This document shows, one piece after another, positions 50,381-57,920 of a DNA stretch of 57,920 bases. Where the stretch lies: positions 1-57,920 of the forward strand of contig JANYCH010000285.1 of the NCBI GenBank assembly GCA_025360395.1. Reading direction: 5' to 3'. The translations under genes and the position numbers were made by a program. Source of the stretch: Cytophagales bacterium (GTDB lineage: Bacteria; Bacteroidota; Bacteroidia; Cytophagales; UBA9547). Under the pieces are notes generated by a model. The model made no database searches, was not told where the DNA came from, and worked only from the letters and a program-made list of their open reading frames with translations. Numbering within the stretch: position 1 is the first letter of the stretch; every line of letters starts with the position of its first letter.

Positions 50381-52117
50381 ATGAGCAATAAAGAAAACCA
50401 TATTGATTTTCTCAAATTAAAGAAAAACCTTAAAAAGGATTTCACAAAACTAAAGCTTGTCAAAATTGCCCTTCTGGGAGATTTTTCAACTCAAATTTTG
50501 CACCAGGCATTGAAGGGCTATGGTTTTGAATTAAACCTCGATTTCTCCATATATGAACCTGGCTTTAACCAGATAGAACAGGAGATCCTATCCGAAAATT
50601 CAGGACTTTACCAATTTAAACCAGATTTTGTCATCATTTCTTACTCGGCACAAAAGCTTTATTCCGGTTTTTGCAAAGTGGATCAGGACGCACGGCATAA
50701 CTTTGCCGATAACCATTTGGAATTTGCCCAATCTCTGATTGAAGCAATAGCTGGTAGGTTAAGTTGCCCGATCATTTATTCAAATTTTGTAGAGATAAAC
50801 GACTATGTGTTTGGCAATTATGGAAACAAACAGCAATCCTCCTTTCTTTATCAAATCAGAAAGCTAAATTTCAAGTTAATGGAATTGGCTGTTGGCTGCA
50901 ACCAATTGTTTATAAACGATGTAAGTTCAATCAGCAACCGGTTTGGACAGGATTATTCTCTTAATGCCAGGTTATTTCTAAGCAGCGAACTTGTTTTTAG
51001 TTTTGAATTTTTCGCTCAGATTGCTAAAAACATTACTGATATCATATCGCCACACATTGGTTTTGTGAGGAAGTGCCTTATCCTTGACCTTGATAACACT
51101 TTGTGGGGTGGCGAGATTGGAGATGATGGACTAAACAAGATTCAAATTGGAGATATTGCGTCCGGCAAAGCTTTTCACCATGTTCAGTTATGGGCTAAGG
51201 AATTGAAGGAAAGAGGAGTTATACTGGCCATTTGCAGTAAAAATACAGAAAGTGTTGCAAAGGAACCCTTTTTGTCGCATCCAGATATGGTATTGAAACT
51301 GGAAGATATCACAGTCTTCATTGCCAATTGGAACAGCAAAGCTGAAAACATAAAACTTATACAATCAATCCTCAATATCGGATTCGATTCTATGGTTTTT
51401 ATTGATGACAATCCATATGAAAGAGGTTTGGTAAAATTTGCCTTACCTGAAGTTTGTGTCCCGGAATTGCCAGCAGATCCAGCTGATTATGCTGATTATT
51501 TAAAGTCAATAAACCTTTTTGAGATAGCATCCTATTCAAAAGAAGACAGTGAAAGGACCAGTTTATATCAGGATGAAACCAAGCGGGTTTTACAAAAACT
51601 TGAAAGCAAATCTGAGACAGAATATCTTATAAACCTCAACATGGTTTGTACTGTAAATCAGGTTGATAGTTTCAATATCCCAAGAGTAGCCCAACTGCTA
51701 CAAAGGGCTAATCAGTTCAACCTGAGAACAATTCGTTATTCAGAAGAAGAACTTGTTAAAATCAGCAATTCCGGCGAATACATACCACTCTGTTTCCTGT
51801 TAAAGGACAGTTTTGGTGATTATGGATTAATTGCAAGCGTGATATTGCGTAAAATTCATGACTCTCTATTCATAGATACATGGGCCATGAGTTGCCGTAT
51901 CCTGAAAAGGGGTATGGAAGAATTTATTGTGAACCATATAGTTTCAATTGCCAAAGTTATGGGTTACCATAAAATAATTGGTGAATTCATTCCGACAGCT
52001 AAAAATGGCATTGTAAAAGAGCTTTATCCTGGTTTAAAGTTCAAACATGAGAATGGTAAATGGGTTTTAAATATTAAAGATAATACTCCTTTAACAACAT
52101 TTGTTCAAACAACTTAA
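50381..52117 (+). CDS. FkbH-type HAD-IIIC phosphatase-like protein with a C-terminal GNAT-like domain
   Basis: HAD motif I LILDLDNTLWGG, ..ICSKN.. and ..FIDDNP.. motifs, an N-terminal ~220-aa FkbH-type domain, and a C-terminal ~150 aa that looks acyltransferase-like. Confidence 0.7.
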   Translation: MSNKENHIDFLKLKKNLKKDFTKLKLVKIALLGDFSTQILHQALKGYGFELNLDFSIYEPGFNQIEQEILSENSGLYQFKPDFVIISYSAQKLYSGFCKVDQDARHNFADNHLEFAQSLIEAIAGRLSCPIIYSNFVEINDYVFGNYGNKQQSSFLYQIRKLNFKLMELAVGCNQLFINDVSSISNRFGQDYSLNARLFLSSELVFSFEFFAQIAKNITDIISPHIGFVRKCLILDLDNTLWGGEIGDDGLNKIQIGDIASGKAFHHVQLWAKELKERGVILAICSKNTESVAKEPFLSHPDMVLKLEDITVFIANWNSKAENIKLIQSILNIGFDSMVFIDDNPYERGLVKFALPEVCVPELPADPADYADYLKSINLFEIASYSKEDSERTSLYQDETKRVLQKLESKSETEYLINLNMVCTVNQVDSFNIPRVAQLLQRANQFNLRTIRYSEEELVKISNSGEYIPLCFLLKDSFGDYGLIASVILRKIHDSLFIDTWAMSCRILKRGMEEFIVNHIVSIAKVMGYHKIIGEFIPTAKNGIVKELYPGLKFKHENGKWVLNIKDNTPLTTFVQTT

Positions 52118-52182
52118 CAGAGAAAAAAATCCATGTTATAATATCAGGCTATTGATTGGGCTACTTTATTCATAATAGTTAA

Positions 52183-53268
52183 ATGATAGAATTTGAAAAC
52201 CTTAATAAATTAAATGAGCCGTTTTACAAAAAATATCAGGAGTCATTTAACGAAACTTTAAAATCCGGTTGGTTTATTCTTGGAAATAAAGTCCGCCAAT
52301 TTGAAAACAATTTTGCCCGGTATTGTGGTACAAATCATTGTGTTGGCCTGGCATCCGGTCTTGATGCACTAATACTTGCATTAAAAGCTCTTGATATTCC
52401 CGGAGGTTCTGAAATAATAGTCCCTTCCAATACGTTTATTGCCACGATCATTGCAGTACTCCGGTGCGACTTGGTACCAGTATTAGTTGAACCTGATATT
52501 CAAACCTATAATATTGCACCTGAAAATATTGAGGCTGCCATTACTCCAAATACTAAAGCCATCATTGCGGTCCATCTTTATGGAAAGCTTTGTGACATGG
52601 AAGCGATTATATCCCTTGCCGGTAAAAATAATCTCTATGTTATTGAAGACTGTGCCCAGGCACATGGTGCCAGTCAAAAGGGAAGAAAAGCAGGTGCTTT
52701 TGGTATTATCAATGCCTTTAGTTTTTATCCTACGAAAAATTTAGGAGCACTTGGTGATGCCGGGGCCATTACCACTTCAAATGAAGAGCTGTGTAAAAAA
52801 ATTGAAATTTTACGAAACTATGGTTCCGAAGTTAAATACTATAATGATATAGTAGGGTATAATTCCCGCCTTGATGAAATTCAGGCGGGTTTCCTCTCTG
52901 TAAAATTAAGGTCTCTTGACCTTATTAATAATCATAAAAGATCTTTGGCAAATATTTATTTGAACGAATTAAAATCTGACTTTATAAAACCCCATGTCCA
53001 TCCTGATTTTTATGATGTGTACCATATTTTCAATGTGAGGCATGAGAAAAGGGATCGGCTAAAAGAATTTTTATTAAAACACGATATTCAGACAGAAATT
53101 CATTATCCAATATCTCCGAATAAGCAAAAAGTTATGAATAGTATTCTTACCAAGGCAGAATTTCCAGTATCAGAAAAAATCCACGAAACAACATTGAGTC
53201 TGCCAATATCTTTTTACCACACCGAAAATGAAATTTACAAGGTTATTGAAGTGATGAATAAGTTTTAA
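52183..53268 (+). CDS. DegT/DnrJ/EryC1/StrS-family sugar aminotransferase
   Basis: ..[10 protein letters not shown].., ..EDCAQAHGA.., ..[16 protein letters not shown].. (PLP lysine) and ..[10 protein letters not shown].. motifs. Confidence 0.85.
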   Translation: MIEFENLNKLNEPFYKKYQESFNETLKSGWFILGNKVRQFENNFARYCGTNHCVGLASGLDALILALKALDIPGGSEIIVPSNTFIATIIAVLRCDLVPVLVEPDIQTYNIAPENIEAAITPNTKAIIAVHLYGKLCDMEAIISLAGKNNLYVIEDCAQAHGASQKGRKAGAFGIINAFSFYPTKNLGALGDAGAITTSNEELCKKIEILRNYGSEVKYYNDIVGYNSRLDEIQAGFLSVKLRSLDLINNHKRSLANIYLNELKSDFIKPHVHPDFYDVYHIFNVRHEKRDRLKEFLLKHDIQTEIHYPISPNKQKVMNSILTKAEFPVSEKIHETTLSLPISFYHTENEIYKVIEVMNKF

Positions 53269-53290
53269 AATTGTTGAGAATATATCTGTC

Positions 53291-54448
53291 TTATTTATTC
53301 ACCTGAAATATTTTCCCTGCCGTTTTGGCCAGTTTCATGGAAGGAAGTTCTACCAACCTGTAAAAGATAAAAGCAAACGGAAAACAACTTAAAAAGGCAA
53401 TCAGCATAGTTACATACGGCGAAAAATAACCTGATATCGTACAACAAATAGCAGCAATCCAGACCATATGGGTAAGGTAAAGACTAAAAGAAATTTTTCC
53501 CAACCATATCAAAACAGGCGAACTTAAAATAAAACAGAATCTTTTGCTCAAGGCAAAACCAATAAACAGAATAGCTGCTATACAAGCCATATAATCATCA
53601 GGAACCTTTTTAAGAAGAACCTGCAAAGATGAAGGAAGCCACCAAAAACTTACCTGGCTTGTGTAAATCATCAGTGAAACAAATAATAAAAAGTAAAAAA
53701 TGAAATTTGGAAGCTTGTCAAATTGAGCAACATAATCCTGCTTATGCCTGCTCAAAACAGCACCCATTAAAAAGAAAGTAAAGTAAAAGAATACATGAAG
53801 AAACGGATATGCTTTTATGATCTGAAAGTAAACCAAACAATGATAAAAAACAATATAGGCTGCTACAAACACGACAGCTCGAGTTTTATTCATTTTTGAT
53901 ATGAGAACCAGGAAGATTGGCAGTACCAGAGATAGTTGAAGTTCAATTGGCAGGGTCCACAAAACTGAAGCAACATTGTGAAAGTAAGCATTTAAAAGGT
54001 ATACATTTTTCAGATAACCCTCATTCATTGGTCTTGACCATATATCCTGCAACCAGTCTGTATAAGGACTTAAGGCCGCTTTGTTATAGAGAAAATACCA
54101 ACCAATAACAGACAGGGTAATTATAGCAGCACAAGGGAGATATAAACGCACTATTCTTTTTATAAAGAATGACAAGTAACCTGGTTTTTCTGTTTTATAG
54201 AAAGGGATAGAGAGAACAAAACCACTTAGAACAAAGAACAGAATAACGGCATAGTGGCCACTCCAGAAAAAATGAAGGGGTGAATTGTTAATAAAAAAAA
54301 TGGCATCCTTTTCTGGTAGAGAACCATCTTTGGGGAGGAACATATTTTTCAACAAAAATGGCAAACCACAAAAACAGTGATAGATTACAACTTGTAAAGA
54401 AGCAATTCCTCTTAGAGAATCCAATACCTCAATTCTTTTCCCTGACAT
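53291..54448 (-). CDS. Membrane acyltransferase, family 3 (copy 1)
   Basis: ..LDSLRGIASLQVVIYH.. at the N-terminus and about 10 TM helices. Confidence 0.8.
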   Translation of the reverse strand: MSGKRIEVLDSLRGIASLQVVIYHCFCGLPFLLKNMFLPKDGSLPEKDAIFFINNSPLHFFWSGHYAVILFFVLSGFVLSIPFYKTEKPGYLSFFIKRIVRLYLPCAAIITLSVIGWYFLYNKAALSPYTDWLQDIWSRPMNEGYLKNVYLLNAYFHNVASVLWTLPIELQLSLVLPIFLVLISKMNKTRAVVFVAAYIVFYHCLVYFQIIKAYPFLHVFFYFTFFLMGAVLSRHKQDYVAQFDKLPNFIFYFLLFVSLMIYTSQVSFWWLPSSLQVLLKKVPDDYMACIAAILFIGFALSKRFCFILSSPVLIWLGKISFSLYLTHMVWIAAICCTISGYFSPYVTMLIAFLSCFPFAFIFYRLVELPSMKLAKTAGKIFQVNK

Positions 54449-54546
54449 AATTTAATAAGACAACAATATTAAGAAATTCAATCTTAATTGAAGGCAGTTT
54501 AAATTTGATTAAAATAAAGGACTTCATTTAGCAGCTCTTTTTACGA

Positions 54547-54768
54547 ATGCCAGATATAGCAATAAATGTAGAAAATTTATTAAAAATGTATCGTTTAGGG
54601 GACTTTGGAACAGGTTCATTAGGTACAGATATTACAAGCTGGTGGGCAAAAGTAAGAGGAAAAGAAGATCCGAATTCGAAGATCGCCATAGCCAATGACA
54701 GAAGTAAAAAGGCAACAAGTGATTTTGTCTGGTCTCTTCCAAACTTAGATTTTGAGATTAATTTTTAG
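54547..54768 (+). pseudogene. Relic 5' fragment (73 codons) of a Wzt/TagH-type ABC ATPase gene
   Basis: 55 of 73 residues are identical, by hand alignment, to the N-terminus of the intact gene at 56100. It stops just before where the Walker A motif would be. Confidence 0.75.
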
Positions 54769-54769
54769 T

Positions 54770-55969
54770 CTATAAGGTTACGTCTGAGTTTTTAAAATAA
54801 TTACCAATTTTATTAGAAAATCTGATACTAAAAGAATCTATCGTCACAGTGAAATAATATGCCAGAATAAGGCTGAAAAAAAAAGTTACAGCACAACAAA
54901 TTACAGCAGCGCTCCAATAAGGCAAATTATCCAATTTCATAAAAAGCCAACTCGAAATTGAAAACAATATAGGGATATGTAAAAGGTATATGCCAAATGA
55001 AACTCTTCCTAACCAAACAAAAAATGGAAGTGAAAAGAAGTTCCTTAATGCTTCTGTCTCCGAAATTAAAAAAAGGACAATAAAACTAATTAGTGCATTA
55101 TGGATCTCGTAGTGTACATAAAATCTTGATAAAAGAATTTTTCCGAAAACCCAAAACATTAATAAAAGTAAGATACTTATTAGGCTGAATTTATCCAAAA
55201 AACTGCTAAGCTTATGAATGAGGTTGTAATAATTGGCCTTGCTTCCTGAAAATTTATAATCACTTAAAATAAAACCCAAAAAGAAACATAACAACCATCC
55301 CTTGTGAGCAAATATCAAAATGATCAATAAACCTACATATAGAAGGTGACGTTTATCGGTTTTACCAGTTATTCCAAATAATCCAAATAATAGAAATGAG
55401 CCATATAATTCGATAGAGATTGACCAAAGTACATTATTATATGTGGTCATAGGATTGTAGTCAAAAAAAGTATCCAGTAAAGCAGATTTTATTGCCAGAA
55501 ATAAATTAGGCTTAAAATTATAAGACAATGCCAGCCAGCCATCAGAATAGCCTTTACCTAATTTATTTGCTAAATCAAGATTATAAATAAGGTTGTTAGC
55601 TAATAATAAATAGGCGAAAATAACCGAACAGAAGCAAGGTATTAACAACCTGAAATATCTTTTTGCAGTATATTGTATCAATGTATCCTCAGCAAGTTTT
55701 TCAGATTTAAACAGTTTAATGGTTATTACATAAGCACTTAAAATCCAAAAGACATGTACACTTAGGTTTCCATCTACAAAAGAACTTAAGAAATATAAAA
55801 TTATCTTTTTAACCTCATTGGGATATTTTCCAAGCGCATTGGATATTGTAGATGTATAATCAACAAAAAACGTAGCAATCATATGACAAAATACCACAAG
55901 AACAGATGCTACTCCTCTAATACCTTCTAGATAAGCGACTTTCTGGTTTGTTTTTGTATCCTTTATCAT
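54770..55969 (-). CDS. Membrane acyltransferase, family 3 (copy 2)
   Basis: ..YLEGIRGVASVLVVFCH.. and about 10 TM helices. Its stop lies 1 nt from the relic's stop codon. Confidence 0.8.
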   Translation of the reverse strand: MIKDTKTNQKVAYLEGIRGVASVLVVFCHMIATFFVDYTSTISNALGKYPNEVKKIILYFLSSFVDGNLSVHVFWILSAYVITIKLFKSEKLAEDTLIQYTAKRYFRLLIPCFCSVIFAYLLLANNLIYNLDLANKLGKGYSDGWLALSYNFKPNLFLAIKSALLDTFFDYNPMTTYNNVLWSISIELYGSFLLFGLFGITGKTDKRHLLYVGLLIILIFAHKGWLLCFFLGFILSDYKFSGSKANYYNLIHKLSSFLDKFSLISILLLLMFWVFGKILLSRFYVHYEIHNALISFIVLFLISETEALRNFFSLPFFVWLGRVSFGIYLLHIPILFSISSWLFMKLDNLPYWSAAVICCAVTFFFSLILAYYFTVTIDSFSIRFSNKIGNYFKNSDVTL

Positions 55970-56099
55970 AGTATAAAAAACATAATTAGGATGTTAAATT
56001 CGAAAAACAAAATTTTAGCCAGGCTGTATCATATAAGAAAAATTTTTAAATCTAAGAAACTCCTTATCTTTGAAACCCCTTTGGGAGTGTTTAATTTAT

Positions 56100-57371
56100 A
56101 TGTCTGCTATAGCAATTAAAGTAGAAAATCTGTCAAAAATGTACCGGCTGGGGAATATCGGCACGGGATCTCTGGGATCTGATCTTACCAGTTGGTGGGC
56201 AAGCGTGAGAGGAAAAGAAGATCCAAATTCCAAAATTGCAATTGGGAATGACCGCAGCCAAAAAAGCACTTCAGATTTTGTTTGGTCACTTAAAGACATA
56301 AATTTTGAAATAAAAAAAGGTGATGCTGTCGGTATTATCGGGAAAAATGGAGCAGGTAAAAGTACTCTGCTTAAAATACTTTCCCGAACTACTTCTCCTA
56401 CTACTGGGAATATCAGCATTAATGGACGAATAGCTTCCTTACTTGAAGTGGGTACAGGTTTTCATGGTGATCTTTCTGGCAGAGAGAATATCTTTATGAA
56501 TGGTTCTATCCTGGGAATGGCCAGACATGAAATCAAATCTAAACTAGATGAAATAATCGATTTTTCAGGTGTTGCAGGTTATATTGATACTCCTGTTAAA
56601 AGATATAGCTCTGGTATGTATGTTAGGTTGGCATTTGCAGTTGCAGCCCATTTGGATCCTGAAATTATGATTGTGGATGAGGTTTTAGCTGTTGGAGATG
56701 CCGAATTTCAGAAGAAATGCCTGGGAAAAATGAAAGATGTTAATAATAAGGAAGGAAGGACCGTATTATTTGTTAGCCATAATATACAGGCTATAAAGAC
56801 GCTTTGTAATAAAGGTATTCATCTATTCAATGGAAGTATTTCAAACATAGGCGATATTCATAATGTTATATCTTCATATGAAATTATAAATGCACCTTCC
56901 TCTAAAGTACAGTTTAACGACTTTGACGAACAAGCTGGAAATGAGAATGTCCGGATACACAATGTTGAACTGATAAGTGGAAAGGGTTCGGGTCAGTTTA
57001 ATATTACCGAGCCTTTAAAACTTATAGCTGAAATATCCAACTTAAATGTTGGTGACCCTATAAATGTTAATTTTTTCTTCAATACCAATGATGGGGTAGT
57101 TATTTTTGCAACTTGCTCAGAACCTAAAAAAATTGCCTTTGGTAAATTCACTATTGAATGCGAAGTGCCATCAAATTTACTCAATGATAATTTATATAAT
57201 ATAGAAGTAATGGTAGTGGCTAATTCCAAAGTTTTGTTAAATATGAAGGACATTTTAACTATTGAGGGGATAGAACCCGCAAGAAATATTGGTTGGCTGG
57301 ATAAATTCCCGGGACTTATTAAACCAAAACTTAATTGGACTATTAAAGAAACAAATCATGCTATTTTATAA
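56100..57371 (+). CDS. Polysaccharide-export ABC transporter ATP-binding protein (Wzt/TagH-like) with an extra C-terminal domain
   Basis: Walker A GKNGAGKST, signature YSSGM, Walker B IMIVDE, then about 170 extra residues that look beta-rich. ATG 56100 is preferred over the track's TTG 56070. Confidence 0.85.
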   Translation: MSAIAIKVENLSKMYRLGNIGTGSLGSDLTSWWASVRGKEDPNSKIAIGNDRSQKSTSDFVWSLKDINFEIKKGDAVGIIGKNGAGKSTLLKILSRTTSPTTGNISINGRIASLLEVGTGFHGDLSGRENIFMNGSILGMARHEIKSKLDEIIDFSGVAGYIDTPVKRYSSGMYVRLAFAVAAHLDPEIMIVDEVLAVGDAEFQKKCLGKMKDVNNKEGRTVLFVSHNIQAIKTLCNKGIHLFNGSISNIGDIHNVISSYEIINAPSSKVQFNDFDEQAGNENVRIHNVELISGKGSGQFNITEPLKLIAEISNLNVGDPINVNFFFNTNDGVVIFATCSEPKKIAFGKFTIECEVPSNLLNDNLYNIEVMVVANSKVLLNMKDILTIEGIEPARNIGWLDKFPGLIKPKLNWTIKETNHAIL

Positions 57372-57920
57372 AGATCTCCTGGAAGAAGTCTATAAAAGTT
57401 CCCATAATGAATATACCGATAATTGGGATTATGTAAGGTTTGGAGAAAAAAAAAATACGTCTAAACCAAACAGTAATAATGTTGGCATTAAAAATTTGAT
57501 AAGAGATTTCCTCTTCAGTAAAGGATATACTAATCTGACTTTGGTTTCTGCCTTGATCAAAGATTCTCGGGTTGAAATCGGGAAGTTTGAGTATTTATAC
57601 AATAAACTGGAATTTGAAGAAGACAAAAATTTATTAGTTAAAATTGTTGCATTTAGGATTTTAGGGAACCGTAAGGTAAAACTCCCTTTAAGCAGTTCAA
57701 AATTCTGGATTGAATACGAATCAGTCCAGACTATGGCTGATAAAAGCGATAGTATTGATCCTCAATTCTACAATTTTATACTTTATAAGTTTACACTTGA
57801 AGCGATAGGTTATCCTATCCAGCTTTATTTCCATTCAATGGGAGTCTATATTGATTTTATTCTTAAGCAGTATGAATACCATACAAATAAGGTTTTGATA
57901 AAAGCAGAAAAGGATGATGT
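57358..57920 (+). CDS. Partial CDS running off the window; N-terminal region resembles FkbM-type SAM methyltransferases
   Basis: The frame is open from ATG 57358 (14-nt overlap with the wzt-like stop) to base 57920. ..IVAFRILGNRKVKLPL.. and ..QYEYH.. resemble the lead-in region of FkbM-family proteins, from memory. It is absent from the ORF track because it has no stop. Confidence 0.45.
   Translation, partial: MLFYKDLLEEVYKSSHNEYTDNWDYVRFGEKKNTSKPNSNNVGIKNLIRDFLFSKGYTNLTLVSALIKDSRVEIGKFEYLYNKLEFEEDKNLLVKIVAFRILGNRKVKLPLSSSKFWIEYESVQTMADKSDSIDPQFYNFILYKFTLEAIGYPIQLYFHSMGVYIDFILKQYEYHTNKVLIKAEKDD

Overview
This 57.9-kb chromosomal window looks like Bacteroidota. It has a T9SS C-terminal sorting domain, a PorP/SprF gene, a BatA-type VWA protein, and TAnnTTTG -7-type boxes 17-35 nt upstream of several start codons. 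I call about 58 protein-coding genes. Most are housekeeping: folC, argS, a stand-alone nuoD, queD, hldD, clpB, aroA, a transketolase C-subunit, tcdA, a TatD-family gene, a DEAD-box helicase, a TrxR-type FNR plus 2Fe-2S ferredoxin, and ribH. There is a TPP-riboswitch-controlled thiamine operon (thiS-thiC-[T9SS cargo]-thiE-like-thiD-thiE-thiG) and several envelope genes (TonB-like, OmpA-family, BamA-like, beta-barrel proteins). The last ~14 kb (44.1-57.9 kb) is a surface-polysaccharide locus with a GT2, four SDR enzymes, wecE, a second DegT-type aminotransferase, a Maa-like acetyltransferase, an FkbH-type HAD/GNAT protein, two AT3 acyltransferases, a Wzt-type ABC ATPase and a partial methyltransferase-like gene. 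I saw no rRNA, tRNA, CRISPR array, transposase, integrase, reverse transcriptase or recognisable defence gene, and no single obviously new multi-gene system. The best leads are: (1) a near-identical palindromic box (TCGTGGCACG plus a T-rich tail) at the same distance upstream of two unrelated secreted-protein genes that lack a canonical -7 box; (2) a visibly AT-rich T9SS cargo gene embedded in the riboswitch-controlled thi operon; (3) a mosaic polysaccharide locus containing a relic 5' copy of the wzt gene at a recombination junction, an FkbH-like enzyme without an ACP, and no wzm; (4) a hairpin-dense spacer and two related ~90-100-nt imperfect palindromes bracketing clpB. All functional names come from reading the translated ORFs and recalling family motifs. 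No database search was run.
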